64,000 nt of DNA from Eledone cirrhosa. Lineage: Eukaryota. Below are positions 18,805 to 33,138 of the stretch, in pieces. Every line of letters starts with the position of its first letter. Within the stretch, counting starts at the first letter, position 1. The notes below the pieces were generated by a model. It made no database searches. It had not been told where the DNA came from and saw only the letters and a list, made by a program, of their open reading frames with translations. The DNA lies in contig OZ024748.1 of assembly GCA_964016885.1 (NCBI GenBank), positions 9,114,001-9,178,000 of the forward strand. Direction: 5' to 3'. The position numbers were made by a program, and so were the translations under genes.

Positions 18805-18860
18805 GACTGCGAGCTTGTTTGAGTTGCTAGAAATAGCAGCTAAATATTTCTCAGATAGCC
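18805..18860 (+). mobile_element. Interspersed repeat fragment (GCTAGAAATAGCAGC family)
   Basis: Shares TGYTAGAAATAGCAGCYTAA with 59300-59390. Confidence 0.5.
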
Positions 18861-19568
18861 CCCCCCCCCCCTCCATCCCTCTCTCTCTCTATGTCTAAAC
18901 TGGGGGTCTTAAATTCAACATATCTAGAAACTAAACATTCCTTCATTTTTCCTTATATACTTGCCCTAACTGTAATTGTTATACATGCTTAAATGTATGG
19001 GTGTGACAGGTTGTGGAGTTATACCACTAAAGTATGGGTGTGACGGCTAGTAGGATTATACTACTAATGTATGGGTGTGACAGGTTGGGGCGGGGGGGGG
19101 GGGGGGGGCGGTCTGTTCAATCTCAGAGACTATTGTGGTGTTGGTGGTAGAGGTGGTGTTGTTGGTGGTGATAATGATAGTGGTGGTATTAGTATTGGTG
19201 GAGGTGGAGGTGGTGGTGGTGGTGGTGTCAATAGTGGTGACTGATGAGGCGTATTTTCACTGAAATACTGAGATATTTTCTGAGCTATGTTGTATACATT
19301 CCTGATAATCTTTATGTTCTATATTTGATATCCATTCTTCCAGTTTATGTCCTTGCTATGTAATATCGTGGCACCGATTACACACTGGGTTGTACAGCAC
19401 TCTTACTGATTAAATATATCGGTGCTTTGATGATGGAAAATGGTTCTGCCAAGGTTCGTATACATCTATAGTCCCTCTCTCTCTCCCTCTCTCTCTCTCT
19501 CTATCTATCTATCTCTCTCTATCTATCTCTCTCTGTCTCCTTCTCTCTCTCCCTCGCTCATCATCCCC

Positions 19569-19625
<57 letters not shown>

Positions 19626-19699
19626 ATATATATATATATATTTATGTATATATGTATATATATATTTATATACATATATATACATATATATATATATAC

Positions 19700-19735
<36 letters not shown>

Positions 19736-19744
19736 GTGTGCGTG

Positions 19745-19776
<32 letters not shown>

Positions 19777-19857
19777 CATTTACATACATATATATATACA
19801 CACATATATATATATACATATATATATATATATTTATATATATATGTATATATATAG

Positions 19858-19903
<46 letters not shown>

Positions 19904-20248
19904 GATGTCACGTATATTTAGTAACGACATCCACTCTAAGCCTGGTCAGAATCAATTCCTTCCTGTTGTAATGGTATTGGTGACATTGTCTCAGTGTCTC
20001 AGTGTCAGGCTGTACCGAAGGGGGGGGGGTAAGAGTGAGGTGGAGGAGAAGACTCACCCTTTCAGATGACTGTGTCAAAGTGTATTAGAGATGGACAGAG
20101 AGGTGGTGGGGGTGGGAGTGGGGTTGTTGCATTGGATAGATGGATAGAGGGATGGAGCGATGGTGGAGGAGGGGTGGTGGGATGTAGGTTGGTGGGGATG
20201 AAGGGGTGGAGTTTGGTGGGATGGCTAGATAGATAGATAGATAGAGAG

Positions 20249-20317
<69 letters not shown>

Positions 20318-20557
20318 AAAATAGATAGATAGAAAGAGGTATTGCAGAATATGCAAAAAGTGCAGCAACCTCTTGAGTGATTTTGTTGGCGGGTTATAAA
20401 AATGGAGAAATATGTTCTGTGTCCAGCTGAAATAAAGCTGGAAGAATGTGGAGAGATGGCAATGTTGGGTAATTTGTTAGGACTGTAGAGAGAGGGAGGG
20501 AGGGAGAGATGAGAGAGAGGGGGCATGAGAGAGTAAGAGAGTAGGGGGTGATATAAA

Positions 20558-20945
<388 letters not shown>

Positions 20946-21019
20946 TGATGGGTCAGTGTTGGATATTTCATGACTAATACATTGGAAAACATTGCCACAA
21001 AATTGCTTCCTCTCCAGAC

Positions 21020-22525
21020 GCACAACATACACACAACATACATACATACATACATACAACATACATACATACAACATACATACATACATACAACATACAT
21101 ACATACATACATACACACAACATACATACATACAACATACATACATACATACAACATACATACAACTTACATACATACACACAACATACATACATACATA
21201 CATACAACATACATACATACAACATACATACAACATACATACATACACACAACATACACACAACATACATACACACTACATACATACACACAACATACAT
21301 ACACACTACATACATACACACAACATACATACACACTACATACATACACACAACATACATACACACTACATACATACACACAACATACATACACACTACA
21401 TACATACACACAACATACATACACACAACATACATACACACTACATACATACACACAACATACATACACACTACATACATACACACAACATACATACACA
21501 CTACATACATACACACAACATACATACACACAACATACATACACACTACATACATACACACAACATACATACACACTACATACATACACACAACATACAT
21601 ACACACAACATACATACACACTACATACATACACACAACATACATACACACTACATACATACACACTACATACATACACACAACATACATACACACTACA
21701 TACATACACACAACATACATACATACAACATACATACACACAACATACATACATACAACATACATACACACAACATACATACACACTACATACATACACA
21801 CTACATACATACACACAACATACATACAACATACATACAGACATACACACAACATACACACAACATACATACATACACTACATACATACACACTACATAC
21901 ATACACACTACATACATACACACAACATACATACATACAACATACATACATACATACAGACATACAACATACATATATACACACAACATACATACATACA
22001 ACATACATACATACAACATACATACAGACATACACACAACATACATACACACAACATACACACAACATACATACATACACTACATACATACACACAACAT
22101 ACATACACACTACATACATACACACAACATACATACATACAACATACATACACACAACATACATACATACAACATACATACACACAACATACATACATAC
22201 AACATACATACATACATACAGACATACAACATACATATATACACACAACATACATACATACAACATACATACATACATACAACATACATACAGACATACA
22301 CACAACATACATACACACAACATACACACAACATACATACACTACATACACTACATACATACACACTACATACATACAGACATACAACATACATACATAC
22401 ACACAACATACATACACACAACATACATACACACAACATACATACACACAACATACATACACACTACATACATACACACTACATACATACACACTACATA
22501 CATACACACTACATACATACACACA
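21020..22525. repeat. 15-bp CA-rich minisatellite (ACACAC[A/T]ACATACAT)
   Basis: Direct periodicity; alternating variants give a 30-bp unit. Confidence 0.95.
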
Positions 22526-22609
22526 ACCACGCGATTAACTCTTGTCTTTGATGTTCACATATATATTGCTAACAATGGCTACTGATGTCTTGACGGCTTT
22601 GTTATAGTC

Positions 22610-22865
22610 TTGGTGGTGGTGGTGGTGGTGGTGGCGGTGGTGGTGGTGGTGGCGGCGGTGGTGGTGGTGGTGGCGGCGGTGGTGGTGGTGGTGGTGGTGG
22701 TGGCGGTGGTGGTGGCGGTGGTGGTGGTGGTGGTGGTGGTGGCGGTGGTGGTGGTGGTGGTGGTGGTGGTGGTGGTGTTGGGCTTAATGCTATTGTTGTT
22801 GTCTTGGATGTTGTTGTTGGCAGTGATGATGGTTGTGGTGGTGTTGCTGTTGTTGTTGTTAATGA
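22610..22865. repeat. (GGT)n/(GTT)n trinucleotide tract
   Basis: Seen directly. Confidence 0.9.
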
Positions 22866-23019
22866 TGTGTGTTGCTGTGGGCGACGACGGTTGTGTTGTA
22901 ATATAAATTATGTACATTTCGGTATATTCCGGGTTCGTGTACCAGACAGGGTCGAAGAATTTAGAAGGAAGTTCGCTTGGCGACGTGTCTTTGTTTTGTT
23001 GTTTACAGAAGGTAGAATG

Positions 23020-23085
23020 TAATAATTGTTTCTACTTTAGGCACAAGGCCAGCAATGAACCAGTACATTACTGGTACTTTATTTA
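23020..23085 (-). mobile_element. SINE 3' fragment
   Basis: AATTGTTTCTACTTTAGGCACAAGGCCAGCAAT..TACTGGTACTTTATTT, shared with 23978-24170, 43066-43125 and 48121-48238. Confidence 0.75.
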
Positions 23086-23379
23086 CAGAAGGTAGAATGT
23101 AATAATTGCTATAACAATGTGCTGGTGTTTACGGCTTGCTGTGTTTTGTACGAGTGTATTTAATATATATTTTAATATTTCGTTAAAACAATTGTTTATA
23201 ATTATAACTACTAGAAATGTCCGTTAAGAACATGCAAAATAATTTAATACTCTAATAATTTCCATTTCCATACAGCTAAACTGTATTAGTAGGACCTCGC
23301 CAATGACCATATTTGGAGTTAAGTGTTTGTATATACATATATACTGGCACACTGACACACAGAGACACACAGAGACACA

Positions 23380-23880
23380 CATAGACACACATGTATAGAC
23401 ACATGTACATAGACACATGGACATAGACACATGGACACATGGACATAGACACATGGACACATGGACACATGGATATAGACACATGGATATGGACACATGG
23501 ATATAGACACATGGACATAGACACATGGACATAGACACATGGACAGAAGAGTCTGTTTGTAAAATAAACCCACATGTGGCTTAGTATTTTGAGAAACATG
23601 TGCACCCTTAACACATTTCACGGAAGGTTTCAGCGGATATACACACATGTAGAGGCCTTTACAGGTTGGGTCTATATAGTCACAAGGTATTGGTCAACCG
23701 GAAGTTAAAGTTGGTGACACTGAGTGATACTGATACTTGGTGACATTTGGTGACACTTGGTAACACTTGGTGATACTTGGTGACACTGGGTGACACTTGG
23801 TGACACTGGGTGACACTTGGTGACACTGGGTGACACTTGGTGACACTGGGTGACACTTGGTGACACTGGGTGACATTTGG
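23380..23880. repeat. GGACACAT/AGACACAT array (23380-23545) and 10-bp GGTGACACT[T/G] array (23735-23880)
   Basis: Seen directly. Confidence 0.9.
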
Positions 23881-23977
23881 TCAATGTGCTGCGTAGTGGA
23901 ACTGAAACCCAGAAACAAGAACCACAGGATTGTAAAATGAGAAATCCTTAACCACATATATAACTAAGAGTAAAAAC

Positions 23978-24170
23978 AGTAATTGTTTCTACTTTTGGCA
24001 CAAGGCCAGCAATTACCCTAGTACATTACTGGTACTTTATTTTATCGACCCCGTAAGGATGAAAAGCAAAATTAACCTCGGCGGGATTTGAACTGAGAAC
24101 GTAAAGGACCATAATTCTATGCTGCAAAGCATGTTGTCTGATGCTCTATCGATACTGCCAATCCAGTAAT
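23978..24170 (-). mobile_element. tRNA-derived SINE with Deu/Nin-like central domain
   Basis: Minus strand: GTTCAAATCCCGCCGAGGTTAATTTTGCTTTTCATCCTTACGGGGTCGATAAAATAAAGTACCAG (B-box followed by a Deu/Nin-like core) ... GGCCTTGTGCCAAAAGTAGAAACAATT. Confidence 0.8.
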
Positions 24171-24415
24171 GATATGTGGACGTTTCCAAAATACCTCCAT
24201 CATTCACAGAATTCTAGCGACATCCACCAAACAGTTCAATCAGTCTATAACCACATGTGTCCCTATATTGAAAGTGATTGATGTGCTGCCAGTATCTTGA
24301 ATCGATACATTTAATTTGTCTAATACAGATGGATCGAAGCCAAAGTCGTCTTAGGTAGACGTTGAACTTCAAATAGCGGCAGGAAATGGAGCTCCGTCGG
24401 TTTAGACGATGAGTG

Positions 24416-24520
24416 TTACTGTTGTTTGACCAATTCAACAGCCCGCCTCATGAAATTACTGTGTAAGTGGTTGAGTATTCCACAGGCACGTGTATCCAAG
24501 GAGATTAAGTCTGACACATA
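24416..24520. mobile_element. Interspersed repeat fragment
   Basis: Similar to 41890-41980 (AAGTGRYTGAGYATYCCAMAGGCACGTGTA..GGAGATTAAGT). Confidence 0.6.
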
Positions 24521-25021
24521 AGTTCAGATAGACGTTGCACTCTTTGGGAAAAGCTACTGTTTGGTTAATTATTCTCTCATACAGAATCTTGAAACTATTA
24601 TTTCTATATTTAAGCAATTTATCGATTCTTCTAGAAAGAAAGCTTCGATGCCAAAGTGGCTAATCTGAATTCTATACGACAGAAGTGTCAATGTAAGATG
24701 TACAACGTAGATTATTCAGTACGGACTTCAAATAAGCATATCTCTCTCTATATCTCTCTCTCTCTGTCTCTGTCTCTGTCTCTGTCTCTCTCTATCTCTC
24801 TCTCTCTCTCACTCTTTTTTTTTTCCTGTCTCTCCATCTCTCTCTCTCTCTCTCTTTCTATCTACCTTTATCTCTCTCTTTATATATATATATATATATA
24901 TATACTATTTATGTTACACATACATGTACGTCCGTATGCACATTCATAAACAGACATACAGATACACACGCACGTATATATATATATATACATAAATATA
25001 TATATATATATACACACGTGT

Positions 25022-25302
<281 letters not shown>

Positions 25303-25369
25303 TATATTATATATATACATGTACATATATATATATATATATATACGTATGTATAAATATGTGTGTATA

Positions 25370-25440
<71 letters not shown>

Positions 25441-25444
<4 letters not shown>

Positions 25445-25917
25445 GTTATATAGTAAGGTGTATTATTGGTTGTGTAAAACGGTCCAATAAATTTATGTTA
25501 GCAATATTAAGTTCTCCACGCTTTTGTATATCTCCAATTCCATTCAAGGGAACAGCTAGATGATGTAAAACGGAGTATAAGTGTCAAAATGAAAATCTGA
25601 AGGCAAGGTAAAATTCCAATCATTTTAATCACGACACATGTTTCAATAAGAGATAGATCCATCGTAAAGCCATGATCAATTATCACTGATCTCATCAGGT
25701 GAAAATGAATTGTCTTCAAATTCTTGATATGAGGGAGAAAATTAGCAATATTCACTCACAGAGTTTGTGGGATATGAGGGAATAAACTCTGTGGGTGAAC
25801 ATTGCTAATTTTCTCCCTCATATCAAGAATTTGAAGACAATTCATTTTCACCTGATGAGATCAGTGATAATTGATCATGGCTTTACGATCGATCTATCTC
25901 TTATTGAAACATGTGTC
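25441..25917 (-). mobile_element. Family D palindromic hammerhead element
   Basis: Palindrome 25633-25917 with loop ~25769-25781; minus-strand hammerhead TCAC-CTGATGA(25692-98)...GAAAC-ATGT-GTC/GTGA; bulged hairpin 25510-25576; tail ends in (TA)n. Confidence 0.85.
25629..25705 (-). ncRNA. Type I hammerhead ribozyme (family D)
   Basis: Intact CUGAUGA, GAAA and GUC; stem I UCAC/GUGA; minimal stem III AC/GU. Confidence 0.75.
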
Positions 25918-25937
25918 TTATTGAAACATGTATATAT

Positions 25938-26439
25938 ATATAAGTTAAAACAATGGAATAAGAAATCAAGTCATTAGAGATATACTTCACTGCTTTACGA
26001 TCGTTTCTAGGTGATGATAATACATTGTAGCTATACTTCGTTATTGATCTATGTAAGGTTAGTTACAAAATATCAGATAAAGAGAATATTTACTTACATG
26101 CATATCACCAGCTGTTTTCAAAAGCTGTTTTGAAATCAGCTGGTGATATGCATGTAAGTAAATATTCTCTTTATCTGATATTTTTAACTAACCTTACATA
26201 GATCAATAACGAAGTATAGCTACAATGTATTATCATCACCTAGAAACGATCGTAAAGCAGTGAAGTATATCTCTAATGACTTGATTTCTTATTCCATTGT
26301 TTTAACTTATATCATGACTGTTTTCCTTTTAATGTTTTATTGTTTTCCGGGATTTATCTTAACCTGCAACTTTTTCAACATATGGATTACATTGAGTTCT
26401 TCATGCAGAATAGACCCCACAACTTACCGTGGATATCTC

Positions 26440-26445
<6 letters not shown>
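25938..26445 (+). mobile_element. Family E palindromic element with degenerate long-stem-II hammerhead
   Basis: Palindrome 25938-26312 (~185-bp arms, centre ~26126); stem I CTGTTT/AAGCAG, stem II closed by GGTGAT/ATCACC, GAAAC-GATC-GTA 26243-26254; core degenerate; weak bulged hairpin 26361-26400. Confidence 0.75.
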
Positions 26446-26478
<33 letters not shown>

Positions 26479-26573
26479 GTTTTGCAAAGTTATATATATA
26501 TATTTATAAGGGGTGTAGAGTAGAGGAAGATAGATAGATAGACAGATATATAGATTGATAGATAGATATATAA

Positions 26574-26651
<78 letters not shown>

Positions 26652-26817
26652 GTCTATATACGTAACCAAGCCCGCCAATCGCCTTAACTTGAACATAAAC
26701 AAATCTACCCCCTATCCTACGTTTTCACGAATAACTATAACCGCCGATCCCACATAAAATATGTTTATGTCAGACGTCTGTCAACTGGGATTTCAGTTCA
26801 CACCGTATCAAATTATA

Positions 26818-26875
<58 letters not shown>

Positions 26876-27189
26876 CTATGACCGTACATTTCCTAAACTC
26901 TGAACATAAATACCTGTAAAAGAAACCAAAGTAATCCACGAACTCGGGAAAAGGTAATCCGTAAAATCACATTCGACCAAACTAAATAAACCCAGGCCGC
27001 AAAAGGATAAGTAAAAATCGCTCATTACATTCTCAAGCATGTCTCAACCCTGCAATAATTACTGGTAGAGAAATGACAAATATCATCAAGCTACAGCCGC
27101 CGTATTATATAGTTTCTGTAATTACCTGCGGCGACTACGATTCTGTTCCGTAATTTACCATGCACCATATATGGAGTGGTCCTAAAAAC

Positions 27190-27243
<54 letters not shown>

Positions 27244-27367
27244 TCAAACATACATACATATATATATATAGAAATATGCATGCGTACATACATACATGCA
27301 TAGATACATATATATTCATACATACATATATACATATATACATAGATACATACATGCATACATATAT

Positions 27368-27990
27368 GATGGCTGCCCCCTCGTTATCGAGTATGGTCAT
27401 TGCACGATATACCATTATTAATAATTATTAATTAATTCTATCGTGCAATGCCTGTACGTGAAGATATTTTTTAAAGTGAGGAAAGACTGTGCACTGAGCC
27501 AATCCCACTCTCTGAGCGACAGTAGCTATAACCCGAAAAGAAGAAAAGATCAACATTATCGGTAACTACTGAGCCGCAGGTTTTATGTCGGAGTTATCCC
27601 AGTTTCCTGAGTTGCCTTCTCCTAGAAGAATGCCCTGACAAAGGCTAAGGGTCCTTCACTCCCAGTGGTTTAACCGCGCGATTGGGTGTCCAGCCCGCCT
27701 ATTTCTATGTCCCCGCGCATATACACACACATGCACCCATGTATATACACATATACATATACATATATATGTACATGTGCATATACATATTTACACACTT
27801 TTGGATGGCCGTTAACTCTTAATAGTTCTTCCGCCCTTTGTCAGGTTTTGTTTTTTGTTCTGCAGGGTGCCCAAAATCACCCTCCTCACCAAGTAAACTT
27901 GGCGGGGTTGCTGGTTTAGTCGCCGACGAACCGACCATGCAACAGGTTGTACTGGGTTACATGTTAACAGTAGTACTCAAGAGGTCGCAT
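27368..27990 (-). mobile_element. RTE-derived non-autonomous element, copy 2, interrupted by microsatellite
   Basis: GGCTGCCCCCTCGTTATCGAGTATGG end; CTAGGAGAAGGCAACTC motif on the minus strand; colinear with 17289-17748. Confidence 0.6.
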
Positions 27991-28289
27991 ACATATATAC
28001 ATACAAACATACATACATACATTCATACATACATACATGCATAGATACACATACAAACATACATTCATACATCCATAGATACACATACATACATACATAC
28101 ATACATACACATACACATACATACATAATCCACTGTTTTTGAATAAGACGTTAGTTTGACGTCGAGAACTGAGTTCCTTTGAGAAACTTGGATGTAAACC
28201 ACAGAAAATTCTGGATATTTATAGCTGGAATTGTCCACAGCGTCCATTTTCATTAGCTACTGGTCACAAAACGGCTGCTGCTGCTTTCA

Positions 28290-28534
28290 CTACTACCACT
28301 TACTACTACTGCTACTACTACTACTACTACCGCCACTACCACCACTACTACTACTACTACTGCTACTACTACTACCACCACCACCACTACCACCACTACC
28401 ACCACCATCACCACTACCACCACCACCACCACCTCTACCACTATAACCACTACCACCACCACAACCACTACCACCACCACCACCACCACTACTACTACTA
28501 TTACTACTACCACTACCACCACCACCCCACCACA

Positions 28535-28569
<35 letters not shown>

Positions 28570-28702
28570 CACCACCACCACCACCAGCACCACCACCACC
28601 ACCAGCACCACCACCACAACCACAACCACCACCACCACCACCACCACCACTACCAGCACCACCACCACCACCACAACCACTACCACCACCACCACCACCA
28701 CA

Positions 28703-28737
<35 letters not shown>

Positions 28738-28740
28738 ACA
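28290..28740. repeat. (ACT/ACC)n trinucleotide field
   Basis: Seen directly. Confidence 0.9.
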
Positions 28741-29039
28741 CACACACACACATACACACACAAACACACACTTTCGTGTTATACATTATAAGACATTATA
28801 TATGTACATCCATTGGTTAAGCTTTCTCTAGAAGAATTGAATATATTCATATATATGTGTGTGTGTGTGCGTGTGTATGTGTGTGTGTGTACATACACAC
28901 ACAAACACACACACACACACATACACACGCTTACATCGCTATCTATCTCCTTATCTCTCTCTCTCTCTGTCGCTCTCTCTCTCTCTCTCTCTCACTTTCT
29001 ATATATGTAAGTTGTTGTTTTTTTTTTGAGGGGTGGGGG

Positions 29040-29850
29040 ACACCCTCTATATATTTGATATGCATATATATATATATACATATCTACATAGACATATACA
29101 TATATATACACCCTCTATATATTAGATATATATATATGTATATATATACATATCTACATAGACATATACATATATATACACCCTCTATATATTTGATATG
29201 CATATATATATATATACATATCTACATAGACATATACATATATATACACCCTCTATATATTAGATATATATATATGTATATATATACATATCTACATAGA
29301 CATATACATATATATACACCCTCTATATATTAGATATATATATATATACATATCTACATAGACATATACATATATATACACCCTCTATATATTAGATATA
29401 TATATATCTACATATCTACATAGACATATACATATATATACACCCTCTATATATTAGATATATATATATATGTATATACATATCTACATAGACATATACA
29501 TATATATACACCCTCTATATATTAGATATATATATATATATATATATATACATATCTACATAGACATATACATATATATACACCCTCTATATATTAGATA
29601 TATATATATATATAAATACATATCTACATAGACATAGACATATATATACACCCTCTATATATTAGATATATATATATATACATATCTACATAGACATATA
29701 CATATATATACACCCTCTATATATTAGATATATATATATATATATATCTACATAGACATATACATATATATACACCCTCTATATATTAGATATATATATA
29801 TATATATATATACATATCTACATAGACATATACATATATATACACCCTAC
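29040..29850. repeat. ~55-65-bp minisatellite (CACCCTCTATATATTAGA(TA)nCATATCTACATAGACATATACA)
   Basis: About 13 tandem units. Confidence 0.93.
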
Positions 29851-30224
29851 ATACCTACATTAGCATATACACGAATATATTTGCGTGTGTGTGTGTGTGC
29901 CTGTGTGTGCGTGTGTACACTCAACCCTTCTCTTCTTCTCTACTGTCCCCTTACATCTACCTCCCCCCTCTCTCTTTCCTTTCTCTTAAGTCATCGCTGT
30001 AGTTTACGTTCCACTGACCACCACTAACAATTCCTTAGACGTCTTATTTCCCTGACAGTCAATTGGTTTCCTGGGCTGCGGCTCTGCTGGCCGGGTTGTC
30101 TGGTTATATGGTGGTCTAGTGCTGTGTAGATAAAGTCGTCTGCTAATCCGATGGTATGCTGGTATTATGGGCGGCTGGTCTGGTGGCCACCTGGTCAGGG
30201 GGGTCTGGTGGTTTGGTGTTCGGG

Positions 30225-30575
30225 TGCTCTGCTGGTCTGTTGGTTTGTTGATCTGGAGGTCTGCTGATCTGTTGGTCTGCTGGTCAGTTGGTCTGCTGGT
30301 ATGTTGGTCAGTTGGTCTGCTGGTCTGTTGATCTGGAGATCTGCTGGTCTGTTGGTCTGTTGGTCAGTTGGTCTGCTGGTATGTTGGTCAGTTGGTCTGC
30401 TGGTCTGTTGATCTGGAGATCTGGTGGTCTGTTGGTCTGTTGGTCAGTTGGTCTGCTGGTATGTTGGTCAGTTGGTCTGCTGGTCTGTTGATCTGGAGAT
30501 CTGCTGGTCTGTTGGTCTGTTGGTCAGTTGTTCTGCTGGTCTCTTGATCTGGAGGTCTGCTGGTCAGCTGGTCTG
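30225..30575. repeat. CTGGT/TTGGT-based minisatellite (~9-bp subunits, ~81-bp higher-order unit)
   Basis: Seen directly. Confidence 0.9.
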
Positions 30576-30825
30576 ATGGGCGCTTCTGGTCTTTCCAATC
30601 CTAGCTGTTTGTTACTCACCGGTGTCCACAAAGGTTAGTCTCTAGTCTTGTACATCTACATTACCACTACACATACCACCCCCCATATATGTGTATATAT
30701 ATATATATATATATGTGTGTGTGCGTGCGTATGTGTGTCTGTATCCATACGTATGCATATAAATGTGCAATCCCCACTAGCCATATGCATGAATACGTAC
30801 ATACTTACACACTTGCATACATACA

Positions 30826-30958
<133 letters not shown>

Positions 30959-31084
30959 CATATATATACATATCATATATATATACACTAGCCTTTTAGT
31001 GGAGTGGTGCACAACTGTGAAATTATACTTAGATACGATCGATAATTTGGCAAGACCAAGCCAAGCTTGGCCAGACTTGCTCAA

Positions 31085-31431
31085 CCAACACTGACACCAC
31101 CATCACCAACAACCACAACAACACCACCACCAACAACAACAACAACAACAACAACACCAACAATAACAACAACAACAACAACAACACCGCCAACAACACC
31201 ACAATCAACATTACCACCACCAACACCACAATCACTAACAACACCACCAACAACAACACCACCAACAACACCACCACCAACACCATCAACATTACCACCA
31301 CCACACCACCACCACAATCACTAACAACACCACCAACAACAACACCACCACCAACACCATCAACATTACCACCACCACACCACCACCACCACCACCACCA
31401 CCACCACCAACCTTACCACCACACCAGCACC

Positions 31432-31463
<32 letters not shown>

Positions 31464-32272
31464 CAACACCACCACAACACACGGAAAACCTATCTGACTA
31501 CATTAGAACCGGCAAAATGACAAAACCCTTGTGGCTTCTACTGAATATAGCAAGTTGCATTAGCAGTGGTGTTGGTGTGGTGTGTGTGGTGGTGTTGGTG
31601 GTGGTGGTGATGGTAGTGGTGGTGTTGGTGGTGGTGGTGATGGTGGTGGTGTTGGTGGAGGAGGTGGTGGTGGTGATGGTGGTGGTGTTGGTGGAGAAGG
31701 TGGTGGTGGTGATGGTGGTGGTGTTGGTGGAGGAGATGGTGGTGGTGGTGGTGGTGGTGATGGTGGTGGTGTTGGTGGAGGAGGTGGTGGTGGTGATGGT
31801 GGTGGTGACGACGCTCTCCTTCATAGCAGCCATTATATATTTATGTAGTCTTGTTCTTATTCCTGTCTCTGATGCCACAATATGACTCTGCTTTGAATAT
31901 AATCTACAATTAACACAACACAACACAACACAACACAACACAATACAACACCACACAACATAACACAACATCACATAACACAACACCACACAACATAACA
32001 CAACACCACACAACACACCACAACACAATACAACACAGCACAACACAACACAATACAACACAACACAACACACCACAACACAATGCAACACAACACAACA
32101 CAATACAACACACCACAACACAACACAACACAACACAACACAACACAACACAACACAACACACCACAACACACTACAACACACCACAACACAACGCAACA
32201 CAACACAACACAACACACCACAACACAATACAACACACCACAACACACTACAAACAACACAACACAACACAG
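31085..32272. repeat. (AAC/ACC)n, (GGT)n and (CAACA)n arrays
   Basis: Seen directly. Confidence 0.9.
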
Positions 32273-32279
32273 TATATTT

Positions 32280-32400
32280 GGGTTCGTGATTGTTATATCA
32301 TGTGGCACTAGTCTTGAGCAAGACCTTCATATCACTCCTGTCAACTCAGTTAATGGGAGTAAACCGTGCAATGGACTGAGGTCTGTTCAGAAGGATTGTC
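32280..32400 (+). mobile_element. Decayed SINE body
   Basis: CTTGAGCAAGACC..CAACTCAG..AATGGGAGTAA..TGCAATGGACTG resembles conserved SINE central domains. Confidence 0.45.
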
Positions 32401-32578
32401 ATATAATCTCATTCACTTAACGTAGAAGAAAGACTCGGGATAAATAAAGTCTGGTGAGCCTCAGGTCTTGTGGCAGACTTTAGAATTTCTGTAAGACACT
32501 CACACGCGGGAGAAAAGCATGAACGCCACTCATTCACAAGAGAAACATGAATATGGTGACTGGTCGATTCTTTAATCA

Positions 32579-32669
<91 letters not shown>

Positions 32670-32677
<8 letters not shown>

Positions 32678-33079
32678 AGATCAAAAGATGGTTAAAGGAG
32701 TTCCATGTATTTTATTATGCGCATTTCAAAAACAAACATCATCATGCAATAATATTTGTGTTTTCATCAGATAAAACAGGAGAACATGATATGAAGGCTA
32801 AAAAACACTTGTGGATAGTGCAGTTTTAAATCTACATAACTGCACTATCCACAAGTGTTTTTTAGCCTTCATATCATGTTCTCCTGTTTTATCTGATGAA
32901 AACACAAATATTATTGCATGATGATGTTTGTTTTTGAAATGCGCATAATAAAATACATGGAACTCCTTTAACCATCTTTTGATCTTATATTATGCATACT
33001 CCAGTCCTACAAACTGTAGAGTGCTTCTTATCCGATATCTGCATTGCTTTATTGTACTACAATAAAACTCACCTCCTAC

Positions 33080-33082
<3 letters not shown>
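32670..33082 (+). mobile_element. Family C palindromic hammerhead element
   Basis: Near-perfect palindrome 32670-32993 (~156-bp arms, 12-nt loop 32826-32837); hammerhead in the right arm; bulged hairpin 32998-33025; (TA)n on both sides. Confidence 0.9.
32885..32955 (+). ncRNA. Type I hammerhead ribozyme (family C); mirror copy on the minus strand at ~32708-32778
   Basis: TGTTTTAT-CTGATGA(32893-99)-long stem II-GAAA(32936-39)-T-GCGC-A-TA/ATAAAATA; 8-bp stem I; palindromic GCGC loop III. Confidence 0.85.

Positions 33083-33138
<56 letters not shown>

Noticed and set aside
22579-23030. Possible host exon on the minus strand (TSPSELPSKFFDPVWYTNPEY.. running into Asn/Thr repeats)
   Set aside because: No recognisable domain and no convincing splice sites; the openness is partly due to trinucleotide repeats. 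It needs RNA-seq.
26990-27100. Minus-strand TTGATGA..GAGAC-ATGC hammerhead-like motif
   Set aside because: Both core segments are mutated and I found no convincing stem I.
31085-31810. Apparent large inverted repeat of (ACC)n versus (GGT)n
   Set aside because: Low-complexity complementarity only; no unique sequence is mirrored.
31498-31910. Possible minus-strand exon after TTGTAG with His/Thr-rich frames
   Set aside because: No homology recognised and the reading frame is ambiguous.
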